In this document: positions 33,735-49,291 of the stretch, piece after piece
How positions within the stretch are numbered: position 1 is the stretch's first letter
Layout: each line of letters opens with the position of its first letter
Program-made: the position numbers and the translations under genes
The notes under the pieces: model-generated
The model's database searches: none
The model's input: only the letters and a program-made list of their open reading frames with translations
Told to the model about the DNA's origin: nothing
Source of the DNA: the human T2T-CHM13v2.0 reference genome, Homo sapiens
Reading direction: 5' to 3' (one strand)
Assembly (NCBI RefSeq): GCF_009914755.1
Contig: NC_060940.1
Length of the DNA: 64,000 nucleotides

Positions 33735-34854
33735 GACAGAGAGAGAGAGAATGAGGAATGATGCCTGGCAAGTGGTGAGTAGTCTATAATATTGGCTATT
33801 GCTTCTTTAAAACAATCATTACACATAGCGTAGGGGACATTTGTTTATTCACAGACAAAGCAGCCAGGCCTGGAGTGCCTAGCTGTGTATACTGTAACTG
33901 TCATCTACCACTCAAACACGGGTCCTGTGGACCAGAGAGTCAGTCACTGTAACCACAAAAATGTCATCAACACAGGGTTATAAAGCTATGAGCACGATGC
34001 AGTGCCTCATGTCACATATAGAATGACTGCCATTTCTGCTGCCATGTGCACATTTTATGTATCATTTCACATTGAAATGATTAATACTCTCTGAGATGAA
34101 CAAATTTTGCTCTTGGCTTGAGAGATGGGAACGGAAGCCCAGGGAGGTCGCGGCTATGCACAGGGGTCTCACTGCCAACTCAACGTGCTTCCACCGCTGC
34201 ATCCCAGCGGTGGAATATGAGGACATTCAGCATCATCATGTTTGTGTTGACTTGGTGGCATAGAGCATGGGGTAAGGACATGATGCTGCAGTCAGCCTGT
34301 ATGAGTGCAAATCCCAACTCTGCCACGATGTGTGTGACGCAACCTCTCTGTGTCTCAGTCTCATCAGCTGGAGTATAATAATATCTGCTTGTAAAATTAA
34401 ATGATTTAATTCATGTAAGGAACTTAGAATGGTGCCTGGCAAGCAGTGAGTCATCTATAACATTAACTGTTGCTTTTTTTTCTCTCATTACATATAGCAT
34501 GGGGGATATTTATTTACTCACAGACAAAACAGCTAGGCCAGATATGCTCACTTGTGTATCCTGCTATTCTCATCTACTACATGAACATGTGTCCTGTGGT
34601 CAAAAGGGACATTTGCTCTTCCCATATAATAGTCATCAACACTAGGGATATAAAGCTATAAGCAAGATTCCATGCTTCATGTCAGATGAAAAAGAATGTC
34701 ATTTCTGTACTCACAGTCACTGTATTTTACTTAACTTATAACATTGAAGTGACTGATATTTTCTTAAGTATATTTTTTTATTTAAAGCCAACTCTTTTCC
34801 ACCAGTGAAAATGAAAATCAGTCTTATTCCACACATAGAAGATAGTCAGAAAAA

Positions 34855-35143
34855 GCTGGGCACAGTGGCTTACGCCTGTATTCCCAGCACTTTGGGAGGC
34901 CGCGGCAACCGGATTACCTGAGGTCGGGAGTTGGAGACCAGCCTGGCCAACTTGGTGAAACCTGGTCTCTACTAAAAATACAAAAATTACTTGGCATGGT
35001 GGCACACGCCTGTAGTCCCAGCTACTCTGGAGCCTTATGCAGGAGAATTACTTGAGCCCGGGAGACAGAGATTGCAGCCAGCCGAGATCGCGCCACTGCA
35101 CTCCAGCCTGGCCGACAGAGGGAGACTCCGTCTCAAAAAAAAA
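34855..35143 (+). mobile_element. AluS without TSD
   Basis: Full-length dimer; flanks lack ~90 nt that are present at the paralogous empty site 24711-24803. Confidence 0.85.
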
Positions 35144-35300
35144 GATTACCAGCAATAGAGAAGTGCTGACAAACCTGGGCCAAAGGAAGGCTTGATCTTG
35201 GACACTTTCTCTTGAAACGCTGGCTAGATTCAAATCAGTGTAAACTGTTTAGCTCTGTGATGTTGAGCAAGTTACTTAAACTTCTTGTTACAGTTGTCAG

Positions 35301-35757
35301 TTTCATTCGCGTCCATGTGAAGAGACCACCAAACAGGCTTTGTGTGAGCAACATGGCTGTTTATTTCACCTGGGTGCAGGTGGGCTGAGTCCGAAAAGAG
35401 AGTCAGCGAAGGGTGGTGGATTATCATTAGTTCTTGTAGGTTTTGGGACAGGCGGTGAAGAGCAATGTTTTGTGGGCAGGGGTGGATCTCACAAAGTACA
35501 TTCTCAAGGGTGGGGAGAATTACAAAGAAACTTCTTAAGCGTGGGGGAGATTACAAAGTATCTTCTTAAGGGTGGGGGAGATTACAAAGTACATTGATCA
35601 GTTAGGGCGGGGAAGAAACAAATCACAATGGTGGGATGTCATCAGTTAAGGCTATTTTTACTTCTTTTGTGGATCTTCAGTTACTTCAGGCCATCTGGAT
35701 GTATATGTGCAAGTCACAGGGGATGCGATGGCTTGGCTTGGGTTCAGAGGCCTGACA
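35301..35757 (-). mobile_element. HERV-H solo LTR, type II (LTR7B-like)
   Basis: Reverse strand TGTCAGGCCTCTGAACCCAAGCC...GAATGAAA; internal tactttgtaatctcccccacccttaagaag repeats; perfect TSD GTCAG (35296-35300, 35758-35762). Confidence 0.9.
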
Positions 35758-35792
35758 GTCAGATTAGTAAAACAGGTCATAAATAGTATTTC

Positions 35793-36244
35793 TGTCAGGC
35801 CTCTGAGCCCAAGCCAAGCCATCGCATCCCCTGTGACTTGCACGTATACGCCCAGATGGCCTGAAGTAATTGAAGAATCACAAAAGAAGTGAAAATGCGC
35901 TGCCTTGCCTTAACTGATGACATTCCACCACAAAAGAAATGAAAATGGCCTGTTCCTGCCTTAACTGATGACATTATCTTGTGAAATTCCTTCTCCTGGC
36001 TCATCCTGGCTCAAAAGCTCCCCTACTAAGCACCTTGTGACCCCCACTCCTGCCCGCCAGAGAACAACCCCCCTTTGACTGTGATTTTCCTTTACCTACC
36101 CAAATCTTATAAAACGGCCCCACCCCTATCTCCCTTCGCTGACTCTCTTTTCGGACTCAGGCCGCCTGCACCCAGGTGAAATAAACAGCCTTGTTGCTCT
36201 CACAAAGCCTGTTTGGTGGTCTCTTCACAAGGATGCAAGTGAAA
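35793..36244 (+). mobile_element. HERV-H solo LTR, type I (LTR7)
   Basis: TGTCAGGCCTCTGAGCCCAAGCC...GTGAAA; two cacaaaagaa..gccttaactgatgacatt repeats; TATAAAA 36108-36114; perfect TSD ATTTC (35788-35792, 36245-36249). Confidence 0.92.
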
Positions 36245-36669
36245 ATTTCCCTTTAGGATTGTTGGGAGTGTTCAAGGAATTAATGATTTAAAGAGGCCTG
36301 GCACATTCTAAATGTTACATGATAAGAACATTGAACAGAAATACCCACTTCTCTCCTTGATTGACCGCAGGGTCTGCATGTCACCTAAAGTCATCCTCTT
36401 TGGAGGGCATCCCTCATTTTCAAAACTGCCATCCTGCAGTGGGGTGGCCGGCAGGCCTGGAAAGTCCCGGAGAACTATATGAAAAGGAGGAAACTGACAA
36501 ATGTGCCCGCCATCACCTCAGAGGAGGAGCATGGAGGGAAGAGAGAGAGGCCGACCCGTGGTCGCCACGATCTGTCTACAGGGGAAAAGAGTTTGAGGGT
36601 CTTAGGTGGGAAGAGTTACAGGTAATGAGGGGGGAGGGCGAGGGAGAAGCAAAAGTCACCTCCACCATG

Positions 36670-37075
36670 GCTCATCTGCACACTGCTCACTCGCTCTGCT
36701 CCCGGCTCTAGCCAATGAAGAAGGTGAGCAAGAGGATGGACCCGGATGCACACGGACCCGGGAGAGGCGAAGCTGAGGACGACTGTGCGGGGCGGGGAGA
36801 ATGGAGGGGGTGGGGACAGCGCGACCACCTGGGAATGGGAAATGGCCCTCAGGGTGGCAGGGGCGGCGCGTACCTCTGGCAGCATAGCCCCTCCCGCACG
36901 AGCGGGCCCCAAAAGGGCGGTCCCCGGGAGCCCACCAGGCTGCACTCAGGGGATGGTGCGCCTGACCCGCCTGCTGCGCACAGCTCAACCCAAGACCGCA
37001 GGCGCCGCGGATTCCGCGTGGGGGTGGGTGAGAAGGGTACTCTGCACCCGGCCCCCTCTTCTAACTATAAATTGA
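36670..37075 (+). promoter_or_regulatory. MT1IP CpG-rich promoter
   Basis: MRE cores 36677, 36747, 36941, 36975, 37043; TATAAA 37066-37071. Confidence 0.8.
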
Positions 37076-37166
37076 GCTTCCGGTTCCTAGAATCCACCAC
37101 GCCTCCCACCTGCCCCACTGCTTCTTCTCCTCTCCCTTAGGAACTCTAGCTTCACCTCGCTTCGTA

Positions 37167-38720
37167 ATGGACCCCAATTGCTCCTGCTCCACTAGTAAGG
37201 GATACCGGGTTTCGGGGCTTTAGAATATCCATTTCCATTCCAGAGGATAGAATGTACCCGGGGCAGGAGGGAGGTGCATGTTAGCTCTTCCTAAAGTGGC
37301 CTCCTTTACTTTGCACTTCTCGTGTTTTTCCCTGTCAAGCGCCTTCATTACCACTTGGAATGTTGCCATCTTCCCAGCGCCCCCCCACTTTTTTTTTTGT
37401 TTTTTTGTTTGTTTTTTGTTTTGTTTTGTTTTGTTTTGAGACGGAGTCTTGCCCTGTCGCCCAGGCTGGAGTGCAGTGGCCCGATCTTGGCTCACTGAAA
37501 GCTCCGCCTCCCGGGTTCACGCCATTCTCCTGTCTCAGCCTGAAGAGTAGCTGGGACTACAGGCGCCCGTCACCACGCCCGGCTAATTTTTTGTATTTTT
37601 GGTAGAGACAGGGTTTCACCGTGTTAGCCAGGATGGTCTCGATCTCCTGACCTCGTGATCCGCCCTCCTCGGCCTCCCAAAGTGGCCCTCCCATTTTTGA
37701 AGCGAGAAGACTGAGGCTCAAAACTGCCAGGTCACCCAGATAGCCAGTGGGTTCCCGGGCTGGGACCCAGTGCTCTGTCCAGCATTAGAGCTGCCTGAGG
37801 TGGATGGGAGGCAGGGAGCATTGCCTCTTAGGGATTCCTGATATAAGGCCTTGGGGAGTAAAATTAGGAGGGCGCCTGCCCATCCCAGCCTGTGGGGAAA
37901 AAAGGTGGAGCTGGGCTTCCGTGTGCCTGAGTGGAACAAGGTACCAGGTTTCCCATGCACTGAGCAGGAGGATGCTGAGGGCCTGCTCCTAACCCTGCAG
38001 CACACTCACTGCTCACTGCCTTTTTCTCTTCACCTGCACCTGCACCAGCTCCTGCAAATGCAGAGAGTGCAAATGCACCTCCTGCAAGACGAGTGAGTGA
38101 GGGGCCTTCCCTGGGAATCGCAGGGAGCGGGGGTGCTGGGCTGAGTCAGAGGAGGGATCTCAGATTCTGCAGGCAGGAGCAGGCTCATCACTAGCTTCCC
38201 ACATCCCCTGAAACGGATTCAGGATCAGAGCTGGAAGAACATTAGGGATGGTTGATTCCTACCCAACCTTCATTCTTAACAATGGGGAAACTGAGGTCAC
38301 AAGAATGTACCAGCTGGCCAACCACAGACCTGATTCTTGAGGGCTTTTCTCACTGAAATGTATGGTCCTGGGGAATTGCCCTTCCTTTGTCCCCACAGTC
38401 CCAGTCACTGCCTGTCCAGTCTTCTGCTCTGTCCTGGCTCAGGTGGGGCTGAGCAAGTTTTTCACAGGAAGGCTGTCACTCCAAAGATCCACCATTGTCT
38501 CACAGAGCACACCATCCGGACCTAAAGCTCCTCTGGGTCTGGGTGCGAGCTTGAGCCAGGCCCACTGTTGGGGCAGAGAGGTGCCTGTTCAAGTCTGCTG
38601 TGACCTGTCACTCTCCCCTTCTTTCCCAGGCTGCTGCTCCTGCTGCCCCGTGGGCTGTGCCAAGTGTGCCCAGGGATGTGTTTGCAAAGGGACACTGACA
38701 AGTGCAGCTGCTGCTCCTGA
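37167..38720 (+). pseudogene. MT1IP: Metallothionein-1I pseudogene (exon 1 37167-37194, exon 2 remnant ~38033-38092, exon 3 38630-38720)
   Basis: Exon 2 acceptor and first codons deleted at ~38031; 1-nt frameshift at ~38695; AluY in intron 1; AATAAA 38835-38840; lies between MT1H and MT1X. Confidence 0.9.
37389..37684 (-). mobile_element. AluY in MT1IP intron 1, slightly 5'-truncated
   Basis: AluY-type positions, (GTTTT)n tail; absent from the mirror intron at ~23590. Confidence 0.88.
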
Positions 38721-39044
38721 TGTAGGGAAAGCTGTGTTCCCAGAAGTAGAAAGTGTACAAACCTGGAATTGTTTTCCATACAACCCTGACCCATTAGTAC
38801 ATTTGGGTTTCTAAAAATAAAATATGTTAATGATAATAAAAGTTGACTTTATTCTGGCTCAGTTTTGTTTTGTGTGCCTTGGAAAAAAGTGATCTGATAC
38901 CCAACAGAGCTGGGATAAGCAATTGCATTGAGAGTCCAGACACATGGGTGCTGGTACCACGTCCTATCACCTTACACACTGAGTGCCTTAAGACAAATCA
39001 CATTACCTGTCTCTGCTAAAAAATGTAAAAGCATTATACATGTA

Positions 39045-39348
<304 letters not shown>

Positions 39349-41189
39349 GTATACATGTAAGAGATATAATGGCATAGGCGTGGGCATCTGTAACAGACCT
39401 AAGCTTTGGGAAAATGAACTAAAATGAATTAGTATGAAATATAAAAACAAAATCTACTTTTTAATATTAAACAGGCAAATTATTAATAAATATAAATATA
39501 TGAAAACAAAAAAATACATACAAAAAACAATGTATGAAAAACAAAATATATGACTATATTTAAATATATTAAAAAACAGAAAAATAAAAATTTACAGACA
39601 TTGCATATATGTTCTAGGTTGCGTATTTCAGACTGGGAACAGTTTGTAGACTAACCCTCATGCGTGGATCACACACCTTCAGCAGTGCTGGCCTGGACAT
39701 GTCCAAAAGGAACTATCAGTCCTGAACGGCACCATGTCACTCATGGAACTCTCGCTACCCCTGAGAGCTCCTTGTTCTGACTTGGCTCTGAATCTTTGGA
39801 AGTTTCTCCCAAGGTCAGGCTGCAGTCTCCTTCAAATTCCAGCCCTTGGTTACTTCAGGCCAGTGCAGTGAATAGGCAGGTGGAGCGAAGTGTCCAGCAT
39901 CGTCCTGGCAAGCTGACTATAGATAGCAACTGGGGTTCCCAGGTGAAGTATTTTGACTCCGCCTCTGCAGGGGTGATGGCATATTCTGTACTTTGAAGGT
40001 GTGTGGTGTTCATTGAGAAGGATGAGGACTGATCATTGCTACCAACAGCTGGTACCTCCAGCTATCTGCTCAGGGAATTGTTATTCGAGGTTCAATCACA
40101 GGGAAGATGAGACAAGTGACCCAGGAGTCAAGACCTAGATGGGCTGCAGGTGCTCTTTGTGATGAGGGAATTTCAGAAGGTAGCCTGGGCCAAGTGCAGG
40201 CTTTGGTGTCAAACAACCGGGTTCACAGCCCACTTCACTCCTGACTGGCTGTGTGGCCTGCACAAGTCACTTAACCTCTCTGAGCCTCCATTTCCTCATC
40301 TGTATACAGGAGATTATATTTCCATGTAGGGATCAAATGGGACAGTGGCCTGGTACTAGTGGCCTAGGGCTTACTGAACAGTGCTATTATAATCATTTGT
40401 CCATGTGGACTTTCTAGACAGACAATCCTATTAGCTCCCATCAAGCTCCTTGGAAAAGGCCCATCTGCCTGCGGGTATTATGTGGACTGGAAGTTGGAGA
40501 TGGATTTGGAGTCTTGCTGTTCTGGTCTCAAGGGCATGTGGATGACCTCCTGCACCTGCTCTCCAGGATAAGACACTGCTCCAGCATTCAGACAGAGAAC
40601 AAGCCTTTCCCACCTTTCAAGTCATTTGATCTTCACACAAACCAGACACACAGTGAATGTGAAGGGTTTGGTGAGATGGTGCTGTCTTCTAGAGGAGTTG
40701 TACTGTCTTCTAAAGGAGTTAAGCAATCTTCCCAAGGTCACATAGTTTAGAAGTAAAGGCATGAATGAATCTATGCTGTGGGTGTCCTCATGCCCTCGCC
40801 ATAGTGAAATATCACGCTGTCAATGGATGCTAAGCCCGGCCTCTCACATTCCAGAGCTGGAAGGGCCCATGGTTAGTTAGCCCAATTGTGACCCTGACTT
40901 GATAGCTGGTGAACTGAAGCCAGAGAGGACACACAGCTATTCAGAGGCTCTGACTGCCAGCTCAGTGCTCTTACCACTGTGCCTCTGTGCCAGAGTTAGT
41001 GTCCTCATGTGTCACACGACAGGGTGACACAGGCTTGTGGTTGAGGGCATTATTCTATGGTCAGCCTGTGTGAGTGCCAATCCCGGATGTGTCATCATGT
41101 ATACCTGGGTGACACAACCTCTCTGTGGCTCAGTTCCTGCACTGTAAAAGGGGCAGAATATAATAATACATCATGTGCTGTATAAGGAC

Positions 41190-41506
41190 GTTTTAGTTAT
41201 AGATGCACTGCATATAGCATAGTGGTCCTATAAGGTTATAAGGTAACTGTACTCTACCTTTCTATGTTTAGCTATGTTTAGATACACAAATACCACTGTG
41301 TTATCATTGCCTTCAGTATTCAGTACAGTAGCATGCTGTACAGGTTTGAAGCCTAGGAGCAATAGGCCATATCACATAGCCTAGGTCTGTGGTAGGCCAT
41401 AATATCTAGGTTTGTTATTGTACTCTTTACACTGTTTGCACAACATGAAATCACCCAACAATGCATTTCTTAGAATGTATTCCCATCACTAAGCAGCATA
41501 TGACTG
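41190..41506 (+). mobile_element. Tigger3/Golem-type DNA transposon fragment
   Basis: caggtttgaagcctaggagcaataggc...tgactg followed by TA. Confidence 0.72.
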
Positions 41507-41626
41507 TAATGGGGTCTGACTTGTAGAAATAAATGATTTAATAGGTATAAAGAAATTAGAATGGTGCCTTGCACATGGCAAATGACCTATAATATTAACT
41601 ATTATTTTGTTATTTTTATTCATGGC

Positions 41627-41984
41627 TGCTATGGTCTAAATGCTCGTATGCCTCCAATATTCATATGTGCAAATCTAATTTTCAGTGTGTTGGTACTGAG
41701 GTGGTGCATTTGGGAGGTGACTGAAATAAGAGGACCTAGTGCTCATGAATGGGATTAGTGCCTTAATTAGAGAGGCCTGAGGGAGCTTGTTTAACTCTTT
41801 CCACCATGTGAGGACCCAGCAAGAAAGAGACATCCGTGAGGAACGGGGCCCTCACAAGACTCCAAATATGCTGATGCCTTGACCTTGGACTTCCATGCTT
41901 CCAGAACTGAGAGAAATATATTTTGCTGTTTTAAGTTACCCAGTCTAAGGCATCTGGTGATAGCAGCCCAAATGGACTCAGACG
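41627..41984 (+). mobile_element. MLT1A-type MaLR solo LTR
   Basis: Paralogue of 11201-11560 with the same flanks. Confidence 0.8.
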
Positions 41985-43039
41985 ATAGCATAGTTGACAT
42001 TTTTACTCCAGACAAAAGAGCCAGGCCTGGAGTCCCTCCCTGTGTGTCCTCTGTCTTTCTCATCAGCCACATGAGCATTGACCTGTGGTCCTGACAGTGT
42101 CCTGCACTCTGCCCACAAAATAGGGATTCACTCCAGAAATATAAAGCCATGAGCAAGATAGTCCCTGTCCCCATCACAGAAACGGAAGGATACCTGCCAG
42201 TTCTGCTACCACCTGCACCAATACGTGACTTAACGTTTTTCTTTCAAATGATTCCTATTTCCTTAGATATTTTTATATGAAAAGCAAACTCATTAGCACC
42301 ACTGAAAAAAGAATCAGTTTAACTTCCAGACATAGAAGGTTGCCATCAAATTATGCTTATTCATATCCCCTCTGCATCTCTGTTTTGCTTCCAGGACTGA
42401 CCTTGATGCTTGGTTTTGTTTAAAGATTTCAAGCAGTAAAGAGATGAATATATCTAGGCCAAAGGGAAGCTTCATCATTGCTTTGGGACGCTGACCGGAT
42501 TCAGACCCAGCAGTGTCACTTCGCAGCCCTCTGACCCTGGGCTGGTGGCTTGAACTCCTTTTATTGTTGTTGTTCAGATTAGAATATGGGTTCATGAATA
42601 GAAGTATGTCCCTTTAGGGTTGCTGTGAGGGTTCAACGATGCAAAGTGACTAAAAAGGGCCTAACACGGATTAATGTTATGTAGAGTAATAGGAATATGG
42701 AAGGAAAAATAACCCTGTTTCTTGCATTTTAATTTAATCCGGAATCCGCATATCACCTAAAATGATCCCTTTTCTGGGAGCATTCCACATTTTCCAAACT
42801 GTCATCCTGTGGTGGGGTGCCCGGCTAGGCTATGGGGAGACCTGGAGAGTTTTATGCAAAGGAGGACCTGGGCAAATGTGCCCATTCAGCCTCTCAAGAG
42901 TGGAGAATGCAAGGACGGGGGCAGAGCACTGTGTCTGTTCTGTCCCTAGACAAAGAGAAACGTGGCCAACAGACCGAGGTGGGGACGGGGACAGGGACCG
43001 GCAATGCAGGAAATCCGAGTGTCACATCCTCTGCCTCTC

Positions 43040-43430
43040 ATTTGCACACTGCTCCCTCGCTATGCTCACCGCTCCCGCCGATCCAGGGACGTGATCCAGG
43101 GACTCTGGGAAATGCAAAGCTACACACAGTGGAGCGGGGGGCTGGGGGTGTGTAGACCGCCGGGATTCCGAGTTTCCCGGCACGCCTAGGAGAGGGAGAG
43201 GCAGGCAATGTCAGGGAAATTGGGAAAGGCAGGCAAGACGCCAGGGACGCCACGTACTGCCAGGTTCTCAACGAGGTGGAGCCAAAGGGGCAGGCCCCGC
43301 GGTGCGCCCGGCGCTGGGCTCACGGGTTGCTGCACCCGGCCCAGGATCGCGGGCGGTGCAGACTCAGCAGGGGCGGGTGCAAGGACGAGGCGGGGCCTCT
43401 GCGCCCGGCCCTCTTCCAGGACTATAAAGA
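43040..43430 (+). promoter_or_regulatory. MT1X CpG-island promoter
   Basis: MRE cores 43043, 43303, 43331, 43375(rev), 43400; TATAAA 43423-43428. Confidence 0.88.
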
Positions 43431-43523
43431 GAGCCGCCGGCTTCTGGGCTCCACCACGCTTTTCATCTGTCCCGCTGCGTGTTTTCCTCTTGATCGGGAA
43501 CTCCTGCTTCTCCTTGCCTCGAA

Positions 43524-45032
<1,509 letters not shown>

Positions 45033-46734
45033 TGCCAGGACAGCTGTGCTCTCAGATGTAAATAGAGCAACCTATATAAACCTGGATTTTTTTTTTTTTT
45101 TTTTTGTACAACCCTGACCCGTTTGCTACATCTTTTTTTCTATGAAATATGTGAATGGCAATAAATTCATCTAGACTATTCTGGCTCTGGGCACCTCATT
45201 TGTCACTGGGTATATGGCACTTGGTTCCAGTTGGATTGTAGGAAACCCAGATTGTGGGGCATTTCAGAGAGGGGACCATGGCAGTGGGGGTCTGGGTGCA
45301 AGGTTCCTGCAATCCTGCCTGGCCTTGGCTCTCCTTTGTGAACTATGGCAAACTAGGGGGTTTATTCTACCACCCTCTAGCAACGGTTAACTGGTAGTAG
45401 CTGCCCTTTTTGTGTAGCTGTGACACAGCCTATACTCACCAGCCACCTATGGTGCACCTACTGCATACACAGGCATGGGGTCCTCAGTGGTGAGGGGAAC
45501 AGGGAGCTTATGGACTGCTGGGGGGAGAGAGAATTATAGAATAAGGAATCTTATAAAGGAGAAAGTACTGTGACTGAATGCACTTGGGGTGAGCCCAAAT
45601 GAAGAACTCTTTCCACTGGGATCTGAGAGCTGCATTCCTGCAGAGGGCACAGCTCCAGCAAAGGTCTGGAAGTGGGGAAGAGTCTGGCACTGGGGGAACA
45701 GAAGACCAATGTGTGATTGTGTGAGGGGAGAAGCCCATGTTCCGTTTGGAGAGGGGAGGGCAGAGGCCACGTGCCTCATTCATCTGAAGGATGGCCTCAC
45801 TGGCTGCACAGCTGAATCACTTGGAGAGGCTGGAAAAGTGCTCGAGCCTGTATTCCACTTCCCCCACCCCTGCAGCCCCCTTTCCAATTTGTTTAGGGCT
45901 AAGTGGGCCCAGGGAACCTACCTTTTAATTTTTAATAAGTACCTAGGTTTGCAACCCACTGAAGCAGTCACACGGAATTATTTGGTGAAATAAAATGGCC
46001 TCTGCCAGTTCCTCTCTGGTCTCAGGACCAGGAGATATTTTCCATCCCAGTTGGTATTTGGAGCAACTCTCCAGCATGTGGCTGCCTGTCCTGGTGGCCG
46101 AGGGAACCTGGAGGTGCCCAGCTTCCAGCTGGCTGTGGAGGGAGAGGCTGGCAATCCTCAACATGTAGTGTGGCAAATGTCTTCATGGAGACCAAACCAA
46201 GCTCAGAGGGTAGATTTAAGCTTCCTCGGGGGCTCATGCTAGGGAAACACCACTTCACTGAAGTTGGGTTGGTGTCTGAGGTGCCATTCTCTGGGGAGAG
46301 AATCTGACAGAGACCTCATAAGGCATGGGCAGGAGCGTGATGTGGGCACTGCCCTGTTTGTCTGAGATTTGATCCAGAAGCCCTGGTGCCAAAGTCACAA
46401 ATGCACCCAGCCATTGCTGGTTTCATAACTGTTTTGGGAAACTGCAGCTGCCAAAACTCTCAAGGGATAGGTACAAAATGTTTTTGCCAGGTCTGACAAA
46501 CATGATCATTCAACTTACGGCTTCTTTTCCAAGTCAAGTGTGAAGTGGCATCCTGTTCCATCCCTCACCCCCAGTCCTGAGCCCCATCTTCTTTGGGGCT
46601 GGGTGGGACATGATTATTGTGGATGTCTGTTGGAGAGATTAATGTACAGTCATTCAATTTTTTTTTGATGTGGCTCTTATTGGAATGCTTTGTTTAATTT
46701 CCAGAGGCTTCAGTGTCAAGCACACCATCATGAA

Positions 46735-46950
46735 ACAGCCTGGTAAAGCAGTTAAGTGCGTCAGCTCTGGAGCCAGGCTGCCTGGCTAGACCCACAGCTC
46801 CATTAGTTTGTCGAATTATGTGGTCTCTCTGTGCCTCACATTTCTTAACTGCAATGTGGGGACAATAATAGGACCTACGCCATAGAGTTGTGGTGAGGTT
46901 GAATGTGGCGAGCACTGTCCCTGGAACATATCAAGTCCTCAGTAAGTATG
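46735..46950 (+). mobile_element. MIR SINE
   Basis: ctctggagccaggctgcc...ctctgtgcctca...ataataggacctac...gagttgtggtgaggttgaatg core. Confidence 0.65.
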
Positions 46951-47348
46951 GGCCAGGTGTGGTGTCTGACAATCAGTAGGCGATCCATAAATGTTCTCTA
47001 CTTAATTCAATGAGCACTTATGGGACCCCGTTCAGTATGTAAACCATTGTACTGCCCACAGAGAGGTAAGATAATATATAAATAAGAGCCAATTCCTTTG
47101 TTGGAGATCTTATTCAAGTCTCTGTTGAATTCAGGGAGCAATTATTTACCACTGCAAGATGCAGCTGCTGGGCTGGGACAGAGAGCCACATGGGGGCTAA
47201 AGATTTCTACCGCCAGGAGAAGCACCCATTCCACGCTGACTCTGGGATAGGCTGGGCGTGAGACAGGTTAAGACAGAGGTATGGACGCTTTGGGAGAAGA
47301 ATGTGATTTAGCTGGGCCAGGGGAGCAGGAGAAAAACATTCACTCACC

Positions 47349-47648
47349 TAGGCACAGTGGCTCATGCCTGTAGTTACAACATTTTGGGAGGTGAAGGAGG
47401 GCAGATCGCTTGAGCCCAGGAGTTTGAGACCAGCCTGGGCAACATGGCGAAATGTCTCTACAAAAATAAAAAAAAACAAATAAATTAGCCAGGCACGGTG
47501 GTGTGCACCTGTAGCCCCAGCTATTCAGGAGGCTGAGGTGGGTGGATCACTTTAGCCTGGACGGTCGAGGGTACAAGGGAGCTGTGATCATGCCACTACA
47601 CTCCATCCTGGGTGACAGAGCAAGACCCTGTCTCAAAAAACAAAAACA
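47349..47648 (+). mobile_element. AluJ
   Basis: Diverged dimer with A-rich tail. Confidence 0.85.
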
Positions 47649-47649
47649 G

Positions 47650-47778
47650 ATTATTTGGTAGAGACGGGGGTCTCACCATGTTTCCCAGGCTGGTCTCAAA
47701 CTCCTTGACTCAAGCGATCCACCTGCTTGGGCTTCCCAAAGTGCTGGGACTACAGGCGTGGGTCACCGTGCCTGGCTT
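47650..47778 (-). mobile_element. Antisense Alu left-arm fragment
   Basis: gtagagacgggggtctcaccatg...accgtgcctggc. Confidence 0.8.
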
Positions 47779-47830
47779 AATTTTTTAAAAAACTTGTCAC
47801 TGAATGGACAAGACAGGGGCATTGCTGAAA

Positions 47831-49275
<1,445 letters not shown>

Positions 49276-49291
49276 AACAAAAACAAAAACA

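Noticed and set aside
35480-35600. Short ~30-bp direct repeats resembling an array
   Set aside because: Internal type II repeats of the HERV-H LTR; not CRISPR-like, as there are no unique spacers and the context is eukaryotic.
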